A stretch of 36,501 nucleotides of DNA from a virus (Duplodnaviria > Caudoviricetes), in IMG/VR virus record IMGVR_UViG_3300036446_000010, positions 1 to 36,501 of that record; one strand, 5' to 3'. Of this stretch, positions 1-7,726 are shown piece by piece. The stretch's first letter is position 1, and each line of letters starts with the position of its first letter. A model generated the notes under the pieces. That model was given only the letters and a program-made list of their open reading frames with translations. It was not told where the DNA came from and searched no databases. A program made the translations under genes and the position numbers.

Positions 1-1
1 C

Positions 2-997
2 GACACCGTCACGCCCCCCGACGCGCCGACGACCGGTATGGGCAGCCCAGTCCACGGCAGGGCCGACACCGTCACGCCCGCCGGCGCGCTGACGCCCGAT
101 AGGGGCAGCCCAGTCCACGGCACGCTCGGGGCCGGCGAGGTTCCCGCCGCGCCGACGACTGCCCCGGCCAACACGGCACCCGGCACGGTAGCGAACGCTC
201 CGCCCGCCGCGCCGACGACTGCCCCGGCCAACACGGCACCCGGCACGGCAGCGAACGCTCCGCCCGCCGCGCCGACGACTGCCCCGGCCAACACGGCACC
301 CGGCACGGCAGCGAACGCTCCGCCCGCCGCGCCGACGACTGCCCCGGCCAACACGGCACCCGGCACGGCAGCGAACGCTCCGCCCGCCGCGCCGACGACT
401 GCCCCGGCCAACACGGCGCCCACCCAGCAGCCGGCAGGAACGAGCACCGGTCACGGCGGCGCGACCGTCCCCGGCTCTGGCGACAGTCCCACCCAGACGG
501 CAACGGTCAGCACCGGCGGTTCCGCAGCCGGGGCTCCCGATCCGGCTCCTGCCCCCGGTGGTAGCGCTACTGCCGCCGTCCCCGCGCCAGGGCACGGAGC
601 AGGCGCTGCGGCTCCGGATCCCGGCTCACCCCCGAAAAATTCCTTCAAGGACGAATACAAGCGGATCGAGGCTGAGCTGAAAGCAAAAAACGGCTATACG
701 ACGATGGCCCTGGACAAGGACGTCGTGAAGTACATATCGGGCGAAGGCAACAAGGACATCGCCTATATGGGCCAGGCTGCAATGGTGCTGTCGGACGCGA
801 TCGGCCACATGGCCTCCGCTCACCTGCAATACGCGGCCGATGTCCAGCAGGCCGAAGCAGAACGGCTCCGGGCGATCATCAACAAGATGATCAACAATCA
901 GGCGACCATCGACAAGGCGACGAACGAATCCCTCAAGTCGACGGAAGACTTCATCGACAAGTACGAGGAAGGCAATCGCCGCATCATCCGGGGCTGA
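2..997 (+). CDS. Pro/Ala/Thr-rich tandem-repeat protein with helical C-terminal domain (probably 5'-truncated by window edge)
   Basis: Frame is open from the window start (ORF track 38..997). In-frame 63-bp and 60-bp repeats are followed by a ~120-aa charged/helical C-terminus and then terminator hairpins. Confidence 0.75.
   Translation, partial: DTVTPPDAPTTGMGSPVHGRADTVTPAGALTPDRGSPVHGTLGAGEVPAAPTTAPANTAPGTVANAPPAAPTTAPANTAPGTAANAPPAAPTTAPANTAPGTAANAPPAAPTTAPANTAPGTAANAPPAAPTTAPANTAPTQQPAGTSTGHGGATVPGSGDSPTQTATVSTGGSAAGAPDPAPAPGGSATAAVPAPGHGAGAAAPDPGSPPKNSFKDEYKRIEAELKAKNGYTTMALDKDVVKYISGEGNKDIAYMGQAAMVLSDAIGHMASAHLQYAADVQQAEAERLRAIINKMINNQATIDKATNESLKSTEDFIDKYEEGNRRIIRG
143..417 (+). repeat. 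In-frame 60-bp tandem repeat (~4.6 copies; PAAPTTAPANTAPGTAANAP)
   Basis: Lines 181, 241, 301 and 361 are almost identical 60-mers. A separate degenerate 63-bp duplication (GACACCGTCACGCCC...GGCAGCCCAGTCCACGGCA) lies at 2-122. Confidence 0.95.
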
Positions 998-1006
998 CGC
1001 ATTCCA

Positions 1007-1094
1007 GGCCAGCCGTCCCTTTCGAGGGCCGGCTGGCCGCGCCATCCGCTGCGCCGTCGCGACAGAGACCCGGGGGTCGACCCCGGGTCTTTTT
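1007..1094 (+). terminator. Two stem-loops; the second is a Rho-independent terminator
   Basis: GGCCAGCCG..TTCG..CGGCTGGCC (1007-1038) and AGACCCGGGG-GTCGA-CCCCGGGTCT-TTTT (1066-1094) lie between the convergent CDS and tRNA-Arg. Confidence 0.75.
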
Positions 1095-1130
1095 CCGTCC
1101 GGGGTCTGCCCGCCGGAAATCCACGACGCA

Positions 1131-1207
1131 TGGCGACCCCGGCAGGGCTCGAACCTGCGACCTGCCGCTTAGAAGGCGGCTGCTCTATCCAGCTGAGCTA
1201 CGGGGCC
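1131..1207 (-). tRNA. tRNA-Arg(TCT)
   Basis: Reverse complement GGCCCCGTAGCTCAGCTGGATAGAGCAGCCGCCTTCTAAGCGGCAGGTCGCAGGTTCGAGCCCTGCCGGGGTCGCCA forms a cloverleaf with anticodon TCT and a CCA end. Confidence 0.97.
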
Positions 1208-1238
1208 GGGAGCCCCGGTGACGTGTCACCGGGGTCCG

Positions 1239-1553
1239 TCAATGCGTCCAGGGCAGGACGCGGTTGAACTTGAAATTGTCGGAGTAGGCGATGGTCCGCC
1301 GCTTCGGGTCCTTGGGGTCCTCGACGCTGGCGGCGATGCCGTTACGCGCGGCATAGGCCAGCGCCTCTTCCTTGGTGTCGAACCAGAGCTTGACCTGTTG
1401 ACGCATGTCGCCCGAGCTAGTCCAGCCCATCAGGGGGTCGATCTCGCGCGGCTTCTCCTGCTCGAACTCCAGCAGCCAGCGCGTCGCCTTCGCCGTTCCA
1501 GACTGCATGGCCGTCTTGGCGGGTCGGTAGATCCGGGCTGTCATCCTCGTCAT
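1239..1553 (-). CDS. ETC complex I subunit (NDUFS4-like) protein
   Basis: Family motifs [25 protein letters not shown] and YSDNF are present. The start may be 1544. Confidence 0.93.
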   Translation of the reverse strand: MTRMTARIYRPAKTAMQSGTAKATRWLLEFEQEKPREIDPLMGWTSSGDMRQQVKLWFDTKEEALAYAARNGIAASVEDPKDPKRRTIAYSDNFKFNRVLPWTH

Positions 1554-1597
1554 CCCTGTCGAACGATTTTCCGGGCCCCGTGGCGTCCCGCGGAGAG

Positions 1598-1674
1598 TGG
1601 TCGGGGCAGCAGGATTCGAACCTGCGACCTGAAGTACCCAAAACTTCCGCGCTACCAGGCTGCGCTATACCCCG
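1598..1674 (-). tRNA. tRNA-Pro(TGG)
   Basis: Reverse complement CGGGGTATAGCGCAGCCTGGTAGCGCGGAAGTTTTGGGTACTTCAGGTCGCAGGTTCGAATCCTGCTGCCCCGACCA has anticodon TGG and a CCA end. Confidence 0.97.
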
Positions 1675-1695
1675 AACGGTCATTTTCCGTGGGCC

Positions 1696-1724
1696 TGCCT
1701 ACGATTTCTAGACCGGCTCCGCAA
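1696..1724 (-). promoter_or_regulatory. Putative sigma70 promoter of tRNA-Pro
   Basis: Minus strand reads TTGCGG-17 bp-TAGGCA, ending 21 nt upstream of the tRNA 5' end. Confidence 0.55.
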
Positions 1725-1782
1725 GTGGCTCTCTGGTCCGAACGGCACGGAGGGGAAACGAAACGCGACCGACGGAACAGAG

Positions 1783-1804
1783 AGTCCCGTAGAAAGTCCC
1801 GTAG
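1783..1804 (+). repeat. Direct repeat AGTCCCGTAG x2 (candidate integrase arm-type sites)
   Basis: Exact 10-mers at 1783-1792 and 1795-1804, about 110 bp from the tRNA on the phage side. Confidence 0.55.
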
Positions 1805-1901
1805 GTGACGACGACCCCCCTCCCCACCTCATCATCCTGCTGATCATCATGTGGCTGGCGGTCGCTCTGGCCATCATCTTCAAACCGATTGGAGGCACTC
1901 C

Positions 1902-2177
1902 ATGACGCACGCATCGACGTTCGATAAGACCGGCGGCAAGCCCGACCACTTCCGCTTCACCGACGCGCTCGGGATCAAGTTCAAGGTGCCGGTGGGCAAC
2001 CTTGAGAAGACCCGCAAGGGCTGGAAGATCGACGGGATGTCGACGACCGAGGTCTACCACATCAGGCTGATCGAGCTCGTCGACGAGGCAGGCAAGGTGC
2101 TGCTGAGTGCCGACGGCGGCGACTCCAGCGTGAAGACCGGAGAGATCTTCGGGCTGTTCCTTGAGGAGGATGAGTGA
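1902..2177 (+). CDS. Hypothetical phage accessory protein
   Basis: GGAGG RBS at 1891, ATG at 1902, typical codon usage, and overlap with the next ORF. Confidence 0.75.
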   Translation: MTHASTFDKTGGKPDHFRFTDALGIKFKVPVGNLEKTRKGWKIDGMSTTEVYHIRLIELVDEAGKVLLSADGGDSSVKTGEIFGLFLEEDE

Positions 2178-2491
2178 TGGAAGACGAGCACGACCGTCGG
2201 AAGGACATCGAGGCGGAGGGCCAGCGGGCGGCGGTCTACCACGACAAGGCGCAGATGCACCCGGTCCGTGGCAGCGCGGCCGCCCAGGAGCGCGCCAGGG
2301 CCCTCGCAGAGACCGTCGGGCCCATCGTGGCCCGGCAGGGTCTGGTGCCGGTGGAGGAGGCTGCCAGGGCCCTGGAGGAGATCGCCAAGCTGTCCGCCCA
2401 GGCATGGGGCACGGAGGACGAGGGCAAGGCGCTCCGTCAGATCAACGAGGTTGCCCTCCTCGCTTGGGCGAACTTGCGCCGGCGCCCCTGA
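2174..2491 (+). CDS. Hypothetical phage accessory protein
   Basis: GAGGAGG RBS and a start overlapping the upstream stop; helical-looking sequence. Confidence 0.7.
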   Translation: MMEDEHDRRKDIEAEGQRAAVYHDKAQMHPVRGSAAAQERARALAETVGPIVARQGLVPVEEAARALEEIAKLSAQAWGTEDEGKALRQINEVALLAWANLRRRP

Positions 2492-2528
2492 TTTGGGCAA
2501 AACGTCGTTTTAATATGCGCCTAGGAAA

Positions 2529-2951
2529 TTGCGACATTCGTGCGAATGCCTATTGCATGAGCCTAGGCCTGCGGTATTAGATCGCATTCATAGCAACCAC
2601 ACCGCGCGAATGCGGGAAGTGAGGCCCCCGGTGACCTGCATTCCGACGTCTAGTCTGGTTAACGTTTTCTTAAACGACTCCGAGGACATAGTAGACAATC
2701 AGGAGGCTGTTGCGCGCTTCCTCGACCGCCTTGCCGACGCAACATCAAACAGGTCTGGCGAGGGTCGCGACAACGTGTTGCCGTGTAAAGGTTGCGGCAC
2801 AAGCAGCGCGTTGAGGCGAGCAGCCTTGATCCTTCGTAACCTCGCCTGCGTCGCCATATTGGCCCTCGGAACGGCAGTTGTCCTGGAAGGGGGCACTGAC
2901 GCCGAGGCACGCGATTGTCCGGGGTACGAGCTCATCGACGTGATGCCCTGA
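2529..2951 (+). CDS. Hypothetical protein with CxxC and a hydrophobic segment (true start uncertain, likely downstream of 2600)
   Basis: The C-terminal half looks protein-like (CKGC, LACVAILALGTAVVL) and ends just before a terminator hairpin. The 5' part overlaps AT-rich, regulatory-looking DNA. Confidence 0.45.
   Translation: MRHSCECLLHEPRPAVLDRIHSNHTARMREVRPPVTCIPTSSLVNVFLNDSEDIVDNQEAVARFLDRLADATSNRSGEGRDNVLPCKGCGTSSALRRAALILRNLACVAILALGTAVVLEGGTDAEARDCPGYELIDVMP
2658..2673 (-). promoter_or_regulatory. CtrA binding site (TTAA-N7-TTAAC)
   Basis: Plus strand GTTAACGTTTTCTTAA equals minus strand TTAA-GAAAACG-TTAAC, an exact consensus match. A GANTC lies at 2676. Confidence 0.7.
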
Positions 2952-2955
2952 ATCG

Positions 2956-2986
2956 AAAAAGCCCCGCCAGCGCGAGCCGGCGGGGC
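2956..2986 (-). terminator. Rho-independent terminator ending the late operon
   Basis: Minus strand GCCCCGCC-GGCTCGCGCT-GGCGGGGC-TTTTT. Confidence 0.8.
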
Positions 2987-3020
2987 CAAGTCTTCCTGGA
3001 GAGGAAACGCCCTCACGGGC

Positions 3021-3221
3021 CTAGGGGTCGGCCGGGATCCAGCCGACGATCTGTACGAGAGACGAGATTGGCAAGCCGCTGTCGCAGCTGATCCATGCCT
3101 TTCCGTTCCACTTCATCTTCGCAAGGCTCTTCCACTCACCCATCGCGTCGCTGAGGATGAGGTAGACCTTCGTCCCGTCCTTCGGTGCCAGCCAGACGTC
3201 CCGGCGGTCAGGGAAGGCCAT
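3021..3221 (-). CDS. Small phage protein with APKDGT motif (DUF551-like)
   Basis: Reads MAFPDRRDVWLAPKDGT...GWIPADP. The ATG overlaps the upstream stop and has a GGAGG RBS. Confidence 0.7.
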   Translation of the reverse strand: MAFPDRRDVWLAPKDGTKVYLILSDAMGEWKSLAKMKWNGKAWISCDSGLPISSLVQIVGWIPADP

Positions 3222-3661
3222 CAGACACCTCCGGGCGCGATGTAGGCGCAGAAGGTCCAGACGGTCGGGTCCGGCTGGTCGTCGCTCGTCTGCCAGCCAT
3301 ACCCGGCCATGGTCCGCGGCTTGCCGCACCAGTGGCCTGCCGTACCCGGCTTCTCACCCGGCACGCCGGAGAAGACGATCCTCCCGGTGCCCAGCAGAAC
3401 TGGCCGGCCCCATCGCTTCGAGTCGATCACGAAGGAGCCGTTGCGCTCGGAGATCTGGCTGAAGTCGAGCGCCTCGCAGTCGGCGTCCGGCCCGACCCCG
3501 CCGCAGCACTTGAACCCGGTGCCGGGCTGGCGGAGCTCGCTGTAGATGTCATGGGCCAACGCGCGGCCGGCACCGACGACCGCCGCGAGTGTGTAGGCCA
3601 GCAGGAAAAGAAGAAGGCCGGCGATGATGACGCCGGCCCACGTGATCAGGCTCTTAATCAT
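3221..3661 (-). CDS. Exported Cys-rich phage protein
   Basis: N-terminal hydrophobic signal ending ALA-H, with motifs CCGG..DC, HWC and FCAY. Confidence 0.75.
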   Translation of the reverse strand: MIKSLITWAGVIIAGLLLFLLAYTLAAVVGAGRALAHDIYSELRQPGTGFKCCGGVGPDADCEALDFSQISERNGSFVIDSKRWGRPVLLGTGRIVFSGVPGEKPGTAGHWCGKPRTMAGYGWQTSDDQPDPTVWTFCAYIAPGGV

Positions 3662-3665
3662 GGGT

Positions 3666-3977
3666 CTAGCCTCGAGGAGGGCTGTGCTTCTCCCAACGAT
3701 CGGCCAGGTGACGAGCGCGCTCCTCGACGCGCTTGTCCTCCTCTACCCGCTCAAGGAAGGTCTCGATGTGGTCGGCGATCCGCTTCAGCTGGGTCGCCAT
3801 GTCGTGGAAGGATTGGAAGTCGGCCACCGTCGCCCGCTTCAGGATGACCTGCTGGACGTCCGGTTCCGCCGTCTTCGATTTGCGGTAGCCGACGATCGTA
3901 GCGATGGCCGTCCCGACAAAGACGGCCAGAGCAGTGATGATCGCCGAGGTTTCTGACGAGAGCTCAAAGTTTGCCAC
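3666..3977 (-). CDS. Single-TM protein, holin/antiholin-like
   Basis: N-terminal TM (AIITALAVFVGTAIATIVGY) and a coiled-coil tail, located in the lysis cassette. Confidence 0.6.
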   Translation of the reverse strand: MANFELSSETSAIITALAVFVGTAIATIVGYRKSKTAEPDVQQVILKRATVADFQSFHDMATQLKRIADHIETFLERVEEDKRVEERARHLADRWEKHSPPRG

Positions 3978-4446
3978 GATCGGCTATCCCCGCATCGCGG
4001 GCGGCACGAAAGGCATTGACGCCGCAGATCATGGCCAGGCCGGAATAGACCGGGATGCCCGTGGAGTTGTACCCCGTGGCGACGATCCCGACGACGACCT
4101 GCATCCAGAACTGGCAGGATATGGCCGAGGTGATCGCCCGGATGTGCGGGCTGTACTTCGAGAACCAGTGGTCCTTGAAGGTGCCGTTGATGAAGAGCGC
4201 AGTGACCCGGAGCAACGATACGATCACAGCCGCCCACCCCCACGAATCTTCCCTCATCGTGGCAGCCATCACCGCCCAGACGGGCGACCGTGTGAAGATG
4301 TCTCCTTCCTGCAAGAGGGCCATGCCCCAGCCCAGCAGGACGAAGCTCATGATCCATTCGGTGATGCGAGGCACGAAGTGCGCGCCGACGCCCGTCATGA
4401 TGCGGAAGACGATCATCTTCGACTCCGTTCTCAGGGCGGCGATCAT
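3964..4446 (-). CDS. Multi-TM membrane protein, holin candidate
   Basis: About four hydrophobic segments; translationally coupled to the spanin genes. Confidence 0.6.
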   Translation of the reverse strand: MIAALRTESKMIVFRIMTGVGAHFVPRITEWIMSFVLLGWGMALLQEGDIFTRSPVWAVMAATMREDSWGWAAVIVSLLRVTALFINGTFKDHWFSKYSPHIRAITSAISCQFWMQVVVGIVATGYNSTGIPVYSGLAMICGVNAFRAARDAGIADRGKL

Positions 4447-4730
4447 GGCTGGACTTCGCTGGAGCAGGAGGGAAGATCTTTGCCGGCCGAGGCGAACTGA
4501 TCCCGCTGGCAGTCGTACCAGCGAGCCGATGCGTCGAGCCTGTCGTTGGCTTCCTGTCTGCCGGCGCGCTCCCGCGCAGCCACGATTTCCAGGTCATCGC
4601 CTACCTTGTGTTGCACCTCCACCTTTGCCCACCATCCCGGGCGCTGCGCCAGGTTCCGCTCCAGCGGGGCGGGGCCCGATGCGTTGCAGGCGGTTAAGGC
4701 CGTCGAGAGTGAGAACGCAGCGACGAGCAT
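4443..4730 (-). CDS. o-spanin (Rz1-like lipoprotein)
   Basis: MLVAAFSLSTALTA-C lipobox; overlaps the 3' end of the Rz-like gene in another frame. Confidence 0.7.
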   Translation of the reverse strand: MLVAAFSLSTALTACNASGPAPLERNLAQRPGWWAKVEVQHKVGDDLEIVAARERAGRQEANDRLDASARWYDCQRDQFASAGKDLPSCSSEVQP

Positions 4731-5127
4731 TAGGGCTCCGCGCGACGGGTGCAGGCTCTGCGGCAGAGACGGGTGCGGGGACCACCTCCGGCGACGGAGG
4801 CTCCTCTTCAGCACGCGCGCGGGCTTGATCGAGCTCATCCTGGATCCTCCTGACTTCTTCTTGATATCCGGAGGCCCTGGCCTCGATTTGGATTCCGCGG
4901 ATGGACGCGTCGATCTCGGCGTTGCGCGCGATGGTAATGTCCCGCTGGAGGGCCTCGATCTTCGACTCCAGCTTCGAGGTGTCGCACTTGGCCCGCTCCT
5001 GCTGACGGGCGCTGCTGTCGACCCACCAGAGGACCAGGACGACACCGGCGCCGATCATCACGATCTTGCCGAGGCCGGAGGTGAGGAGCTTCACGAACTC
5101 CGGGATCAGGGCGAGAAGGGCCGTCAC
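4594..5127 (-). CDS. i-spanin (Rz-like)
   Basis: N-terminal TM, coiled coil, Pro-rich linker and C-terminal Cys; follows the endolysin. Confidence 0.75.
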   Translation of the reverse strand: MTALLALIPEFVKLLTSGLGKIVMIGAGVVLVLWWVDSSARQQERAKCDTSKLESKIEALQRDITIARNAEIDASIRGIQIEARASGYQEEVRRIQDELDQARARAEEEPPSPEVVPAPVSAAEPAPVARSPNARRCVLTLDGLNRLQRIGPRPAGAEPGAAPGMVGKGGGATQGRR

Positions 5128-6329
5128 ATGAGCCTCCCTTCACGAGCGCCCTGCACGCGCTCCTGGATCACCTTCGTCTGGCCCTTCCAGATCACGAATG
5201 CCAGGCCAACGCCGCCGGCGGCCCATGCCCATGGCGGCACGTCCGTCAGGATCGTCTTGAGCGGCCCGAGGTGATCTATGGCGTCGGAGATGTTGTCCTT
5301 GATCCCGTAGGCCATGGCGGCGAGGCTGGCGAAGGCGCCCTGCACCACCGACCAGATCCGGCCCTGCTGCGCCGCCTTGACGATCGTGCTCTCCTTGGCG
5401 ACGTCCTTCGTCGTCAGGTTCGCTCGGACCGGATCGATCTTCCTGGGCGGTGCTGTCGCCAGCGCGCGATAGGTCGGATCGTCGAGCTCCGCATCAATCG
5501 GCAAGCCATTGTCGTGCTTGAAGGCCGTCAGGGCTGCGACAGTCCTCGATCCCCAGCAGCCGTCGATGATGCCGACCTCGTGGTAGCCCAGCGACTGGAG
5601 CCGTTCCTGGAGCGACCGGATCTCCCGCTCGGGCAGGGCCTGCTCGTCGATCGCGTCGTCGTCGCTGTCAGGGTCGATAATTTCCGCGGCTTCATTTGAG
5701 GCGTCGTCGTCCATGGCGAGGAGCCCGAGGGACTGCCTCTCGGCCATCCAGATGGACTTCGCCTTGGCCAGGTAGCGGCGGGCATCCTCAAGCCCGTGGG
5801 TGCCGCCATTCACCCGCCGGCGGATCTCGACCAGGTCGTCCCGGTCCGCGAGCGTGCTGAGGCCCTTCTGCTTCCAGTAGGCCACCGCTGCCGAGAAGCC
5901 TGGGCCAGGCTCGCGCAGCTGGTCTGGATCATCGGCATAGCCGACTGCTGCGAAGTTGGACTTGCCAGTCGTCTGGATGAAACCGGAGCCGCGGTAGTCC
6001 CATGCGTCCTGCGGCGTCTTGTTCCCGAGCCGGCCGCCATAGACCTTCGCAGCAAGCGCTTGCGGGTTGTTCGCGTAGGGCTTGGCAGAGGCGACCGTCG
6101 GGAACCTTTTCGGCCACACCTTGTTGAGACGTTGAGCGGAATAGGTGAGGTTCTCTTCGATGGACCGAAAGCCGCCGGTCTCCACACAGATCTGAGCCAG
6201 GAAGTGGCACGCCCGCAGCGGCGTGTTGATGCCCGCCGCGTCCATCTCGCGCCAACCGTCCGCGACAGCCTGGATGAGGTCGGGCGCCGCGCTCGGCGCC
6301 AGCCTCTTCAGCTTCTCGACGGTGATCAC
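5124..6329 (-). CDS. Endolysin: GH19 domain + peptidoglycan-binding domain + C-terminal hydrophobic segments
   Basis: GH19 motifs HFLAQICVETGGF..EENL, YRGSGFIQTTGKSNF and RRVNGG. PG-binding motif LQERLQSLGY..IDGCWGSRT..FKHDNGL. Confidence 0.9.
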   Translation of the reverse strand: MITVEKLKRLAPSAAPDLIQAVADGWREMDAAGINTPLRACHFLAQICVETGGFRSIEENLTYSAQRLNKVWPKRFPTVASAKPYANNPQALAAKVYGGRLGNKTPQDAWDYRGSGFIQTTGKSNFAAVGYADDPDQLREPGPGFSAAVAYWKQKGLSTLADRDDLVEIRRRVNGGTHGLEDARRYLAKAKSIWMAERQSLGLLAMDDDASNEAAEIIDPDSDDDAIDEQALPEREIRSLQERLQSLGYHEVGIIDGCWGSRTVAALTAFKHDNGLPIDAELDDPTYRALATAPPRKIDPVRANLTTKDVAKESTIVKAAQQGRIWSVVQGAFASLAAMAYGIKDNISDAIDHLGPLKTILTDVPPWAWAAGGVGLAFVIWKGQTKVIQERVQGAREGRLM

Positions 6330-6784
6330 GCCGCCTTCTCCTGCGGAGGCTTAAAGTCCATCAGGCAGTCGGGCCAGACCTTCAGGAGCTCGTCGATCGT
6401 CTGCGCGGCCTCGATGTCGGGATGCGTCGTGACGTCCCGCAGCGCCTCCTTCTGGGCCTTCACCGCATTGATCAGCGCGGTGTTGCCGGACTCGAAGGCG
6501 CGCATGAACGCGATGTCGAGCGCGGCCATCAGCGGCCCGCGGGTATGGCGCATCCGGTTCCGGTGGATCTCCCGAGCGGTCGGCATGTCGATCACGACCC
6601 GGTTGTTCTTCAGGCGCCAGGACATGAAGTACCCGCCGTCATAAGGAAGGAGCCCTTCCTCGATGATCACCGAGCCGGGCGGGCAGTCCTTTTCCAGCAC
6701 GTCGCGGAGAGGAACCTCGCCGGTCGGGCGGCAGACACAGACGTTCCCGAACTCGGCGTTCGTATAGACAATGACCTTTGCCAT
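6326..6784 (-). CDS. Tail fibre assembly-like protein
   Basis: AREIHRNRMRHTRGPLMAALD..KEALRDVT..VWP pattern; follows the fibre gene. Confidence 0.7.
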   Translation of the reverse strand: MAKVIVYTNAEFGNVCVCRPTGEVPLRDVLEKDCPPGSVIIEEGLLPYDGGYFMSWRLKNNRVVIDMPTAREIHRNRMRHTRGPLMAALDIAFMRAFESGNTALINAVKAQKEALRDVTTHPDIEAAQTIDELLKVWPDCLMDFKPPQEKAA

Positions 6785-6787
6785 GGA

Positions 6788-7726
6788 TCAGCCCACCGCC
6801 ATGAATGAAGTGGTTGCGTAGTCGAAAGACACCCAGTCGGTGACGCCCGAAGATGACGTGCCGCCGGTTGCCACCGTCGCCCCCGTCGTCGACTTGGTAA
6901 GGACGACCAAGCCGTAGATGGCTGCACCGACTGAGGCGACGTTGACGCCATGCGCCCAAGCCCAATTCGCATCAGCGAACGTGACCGAGAAGGCCAGCGT
7001 GTAGCGGCCGGCAGCGGTGCGGGTGACGGAGGTCATGCCCGACGACGAGAGGATTGCGCCGGTCGAGCCGGTCCAAGTGGCGCGCACTCGAATCGGGTTC
7101 GCTACCGTGAGAGTGACGCCACCCGACGTGCCGCCACCCGTAAGGCCCGTGCCGGCCGTGACGCCCGTGATGGTGCCGACGGCCGAGGCGATCGAGTAGC
7201 GGTCGATGCAGCGCCAGTTGGTGCCGTCAGGCGTGTACCAGGTGAGGACGTCACCAGCGACTGTCGTGTAGTTCGCCGCGCCCGGTGTGATCAGGCTCGT
7301 GGCATTGTACGTGTATTGCTGCGCCGCGGTGTGCCAGATCTCGCGCCGCGTGCCAGCCGGCGCGGTGCCCAGCCCGGTGATCGTCGTCGTGCCCGACGAC
7401 TGGAGCATGTCGGCATAGACGGTGCCGATCGGCATGACGCCGGACGTGATCGTCGGCGTCGCAAGGTGGATCTTCGCCGGAGAGACGAAGATGTCGTTCG
7501 TCGTGTTGAAGTAGCCAAGGCAGACGTCGTTCGTGCCGTCGTAAATCCAGAGCGTCCAGATCGCCGCGGACGGTGCGTCGTCCTCAACCCAAAGCTGGCC
7601 CGTCTGCACGCCCGTCGGGCGGGATGCCCCCTTGGACATGGAGGCGAGCGCCTTGAGGGCGGAGTTCGCGTCTGCCCGGAAACTGGATCCGGACTGGTTC
7701 GCGAGGTCGAGGTCGTGCTGGGACAC
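6788..7726 (-). CDS. Tail fibre / receptor-binding protein
   Basis: Fibre-type N-terminus MSQHDLDLANQSGSSFRADANSAL, a VTAGTGLTGGGTSG repeat, and a SVTRTAAGRYTL C-terminal domain. Confidence 0.75.
   Translation of the reverse strand: MSQHDLDLANQSGSSFRADANSALKALASMSKGASRPTGVQTGQLWVEDDAPSAAIWTLWIYDGTNDVCLGYFNTTNDIFVSPAKIHLATPTITSGVMPIGTVYADMLQSSGTTTITGLGTAPAGTRREIWHTAAQQYTYNATSLITPGAANYTTVAGDVLTWYTPDGTNWRCIDRYSIASAVGTITGVTAGTGLTGGGTSGGVTLTVANPIRVRATWTGSTGAILSSSGMTSVTRTAAGRYTLAFSVTFADANWAWAHGVNVASVGAAIYGLVVLTKSTTGATVATGGTSSSGVTDWVSFDYATTSFMAVG

Noticed and set aside
143-417. 60-bp repeats as a CRISPR array
   Set aside because: The repeats are contiguous with no unique spacers, are in frame within a CDS, and no cas genes are present.
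1417-1808. ORFs 1417..1683 and 1218..1808
   Set aside because: They overlap tRNA-Pro and the NDUFS4-like gene; spurious.
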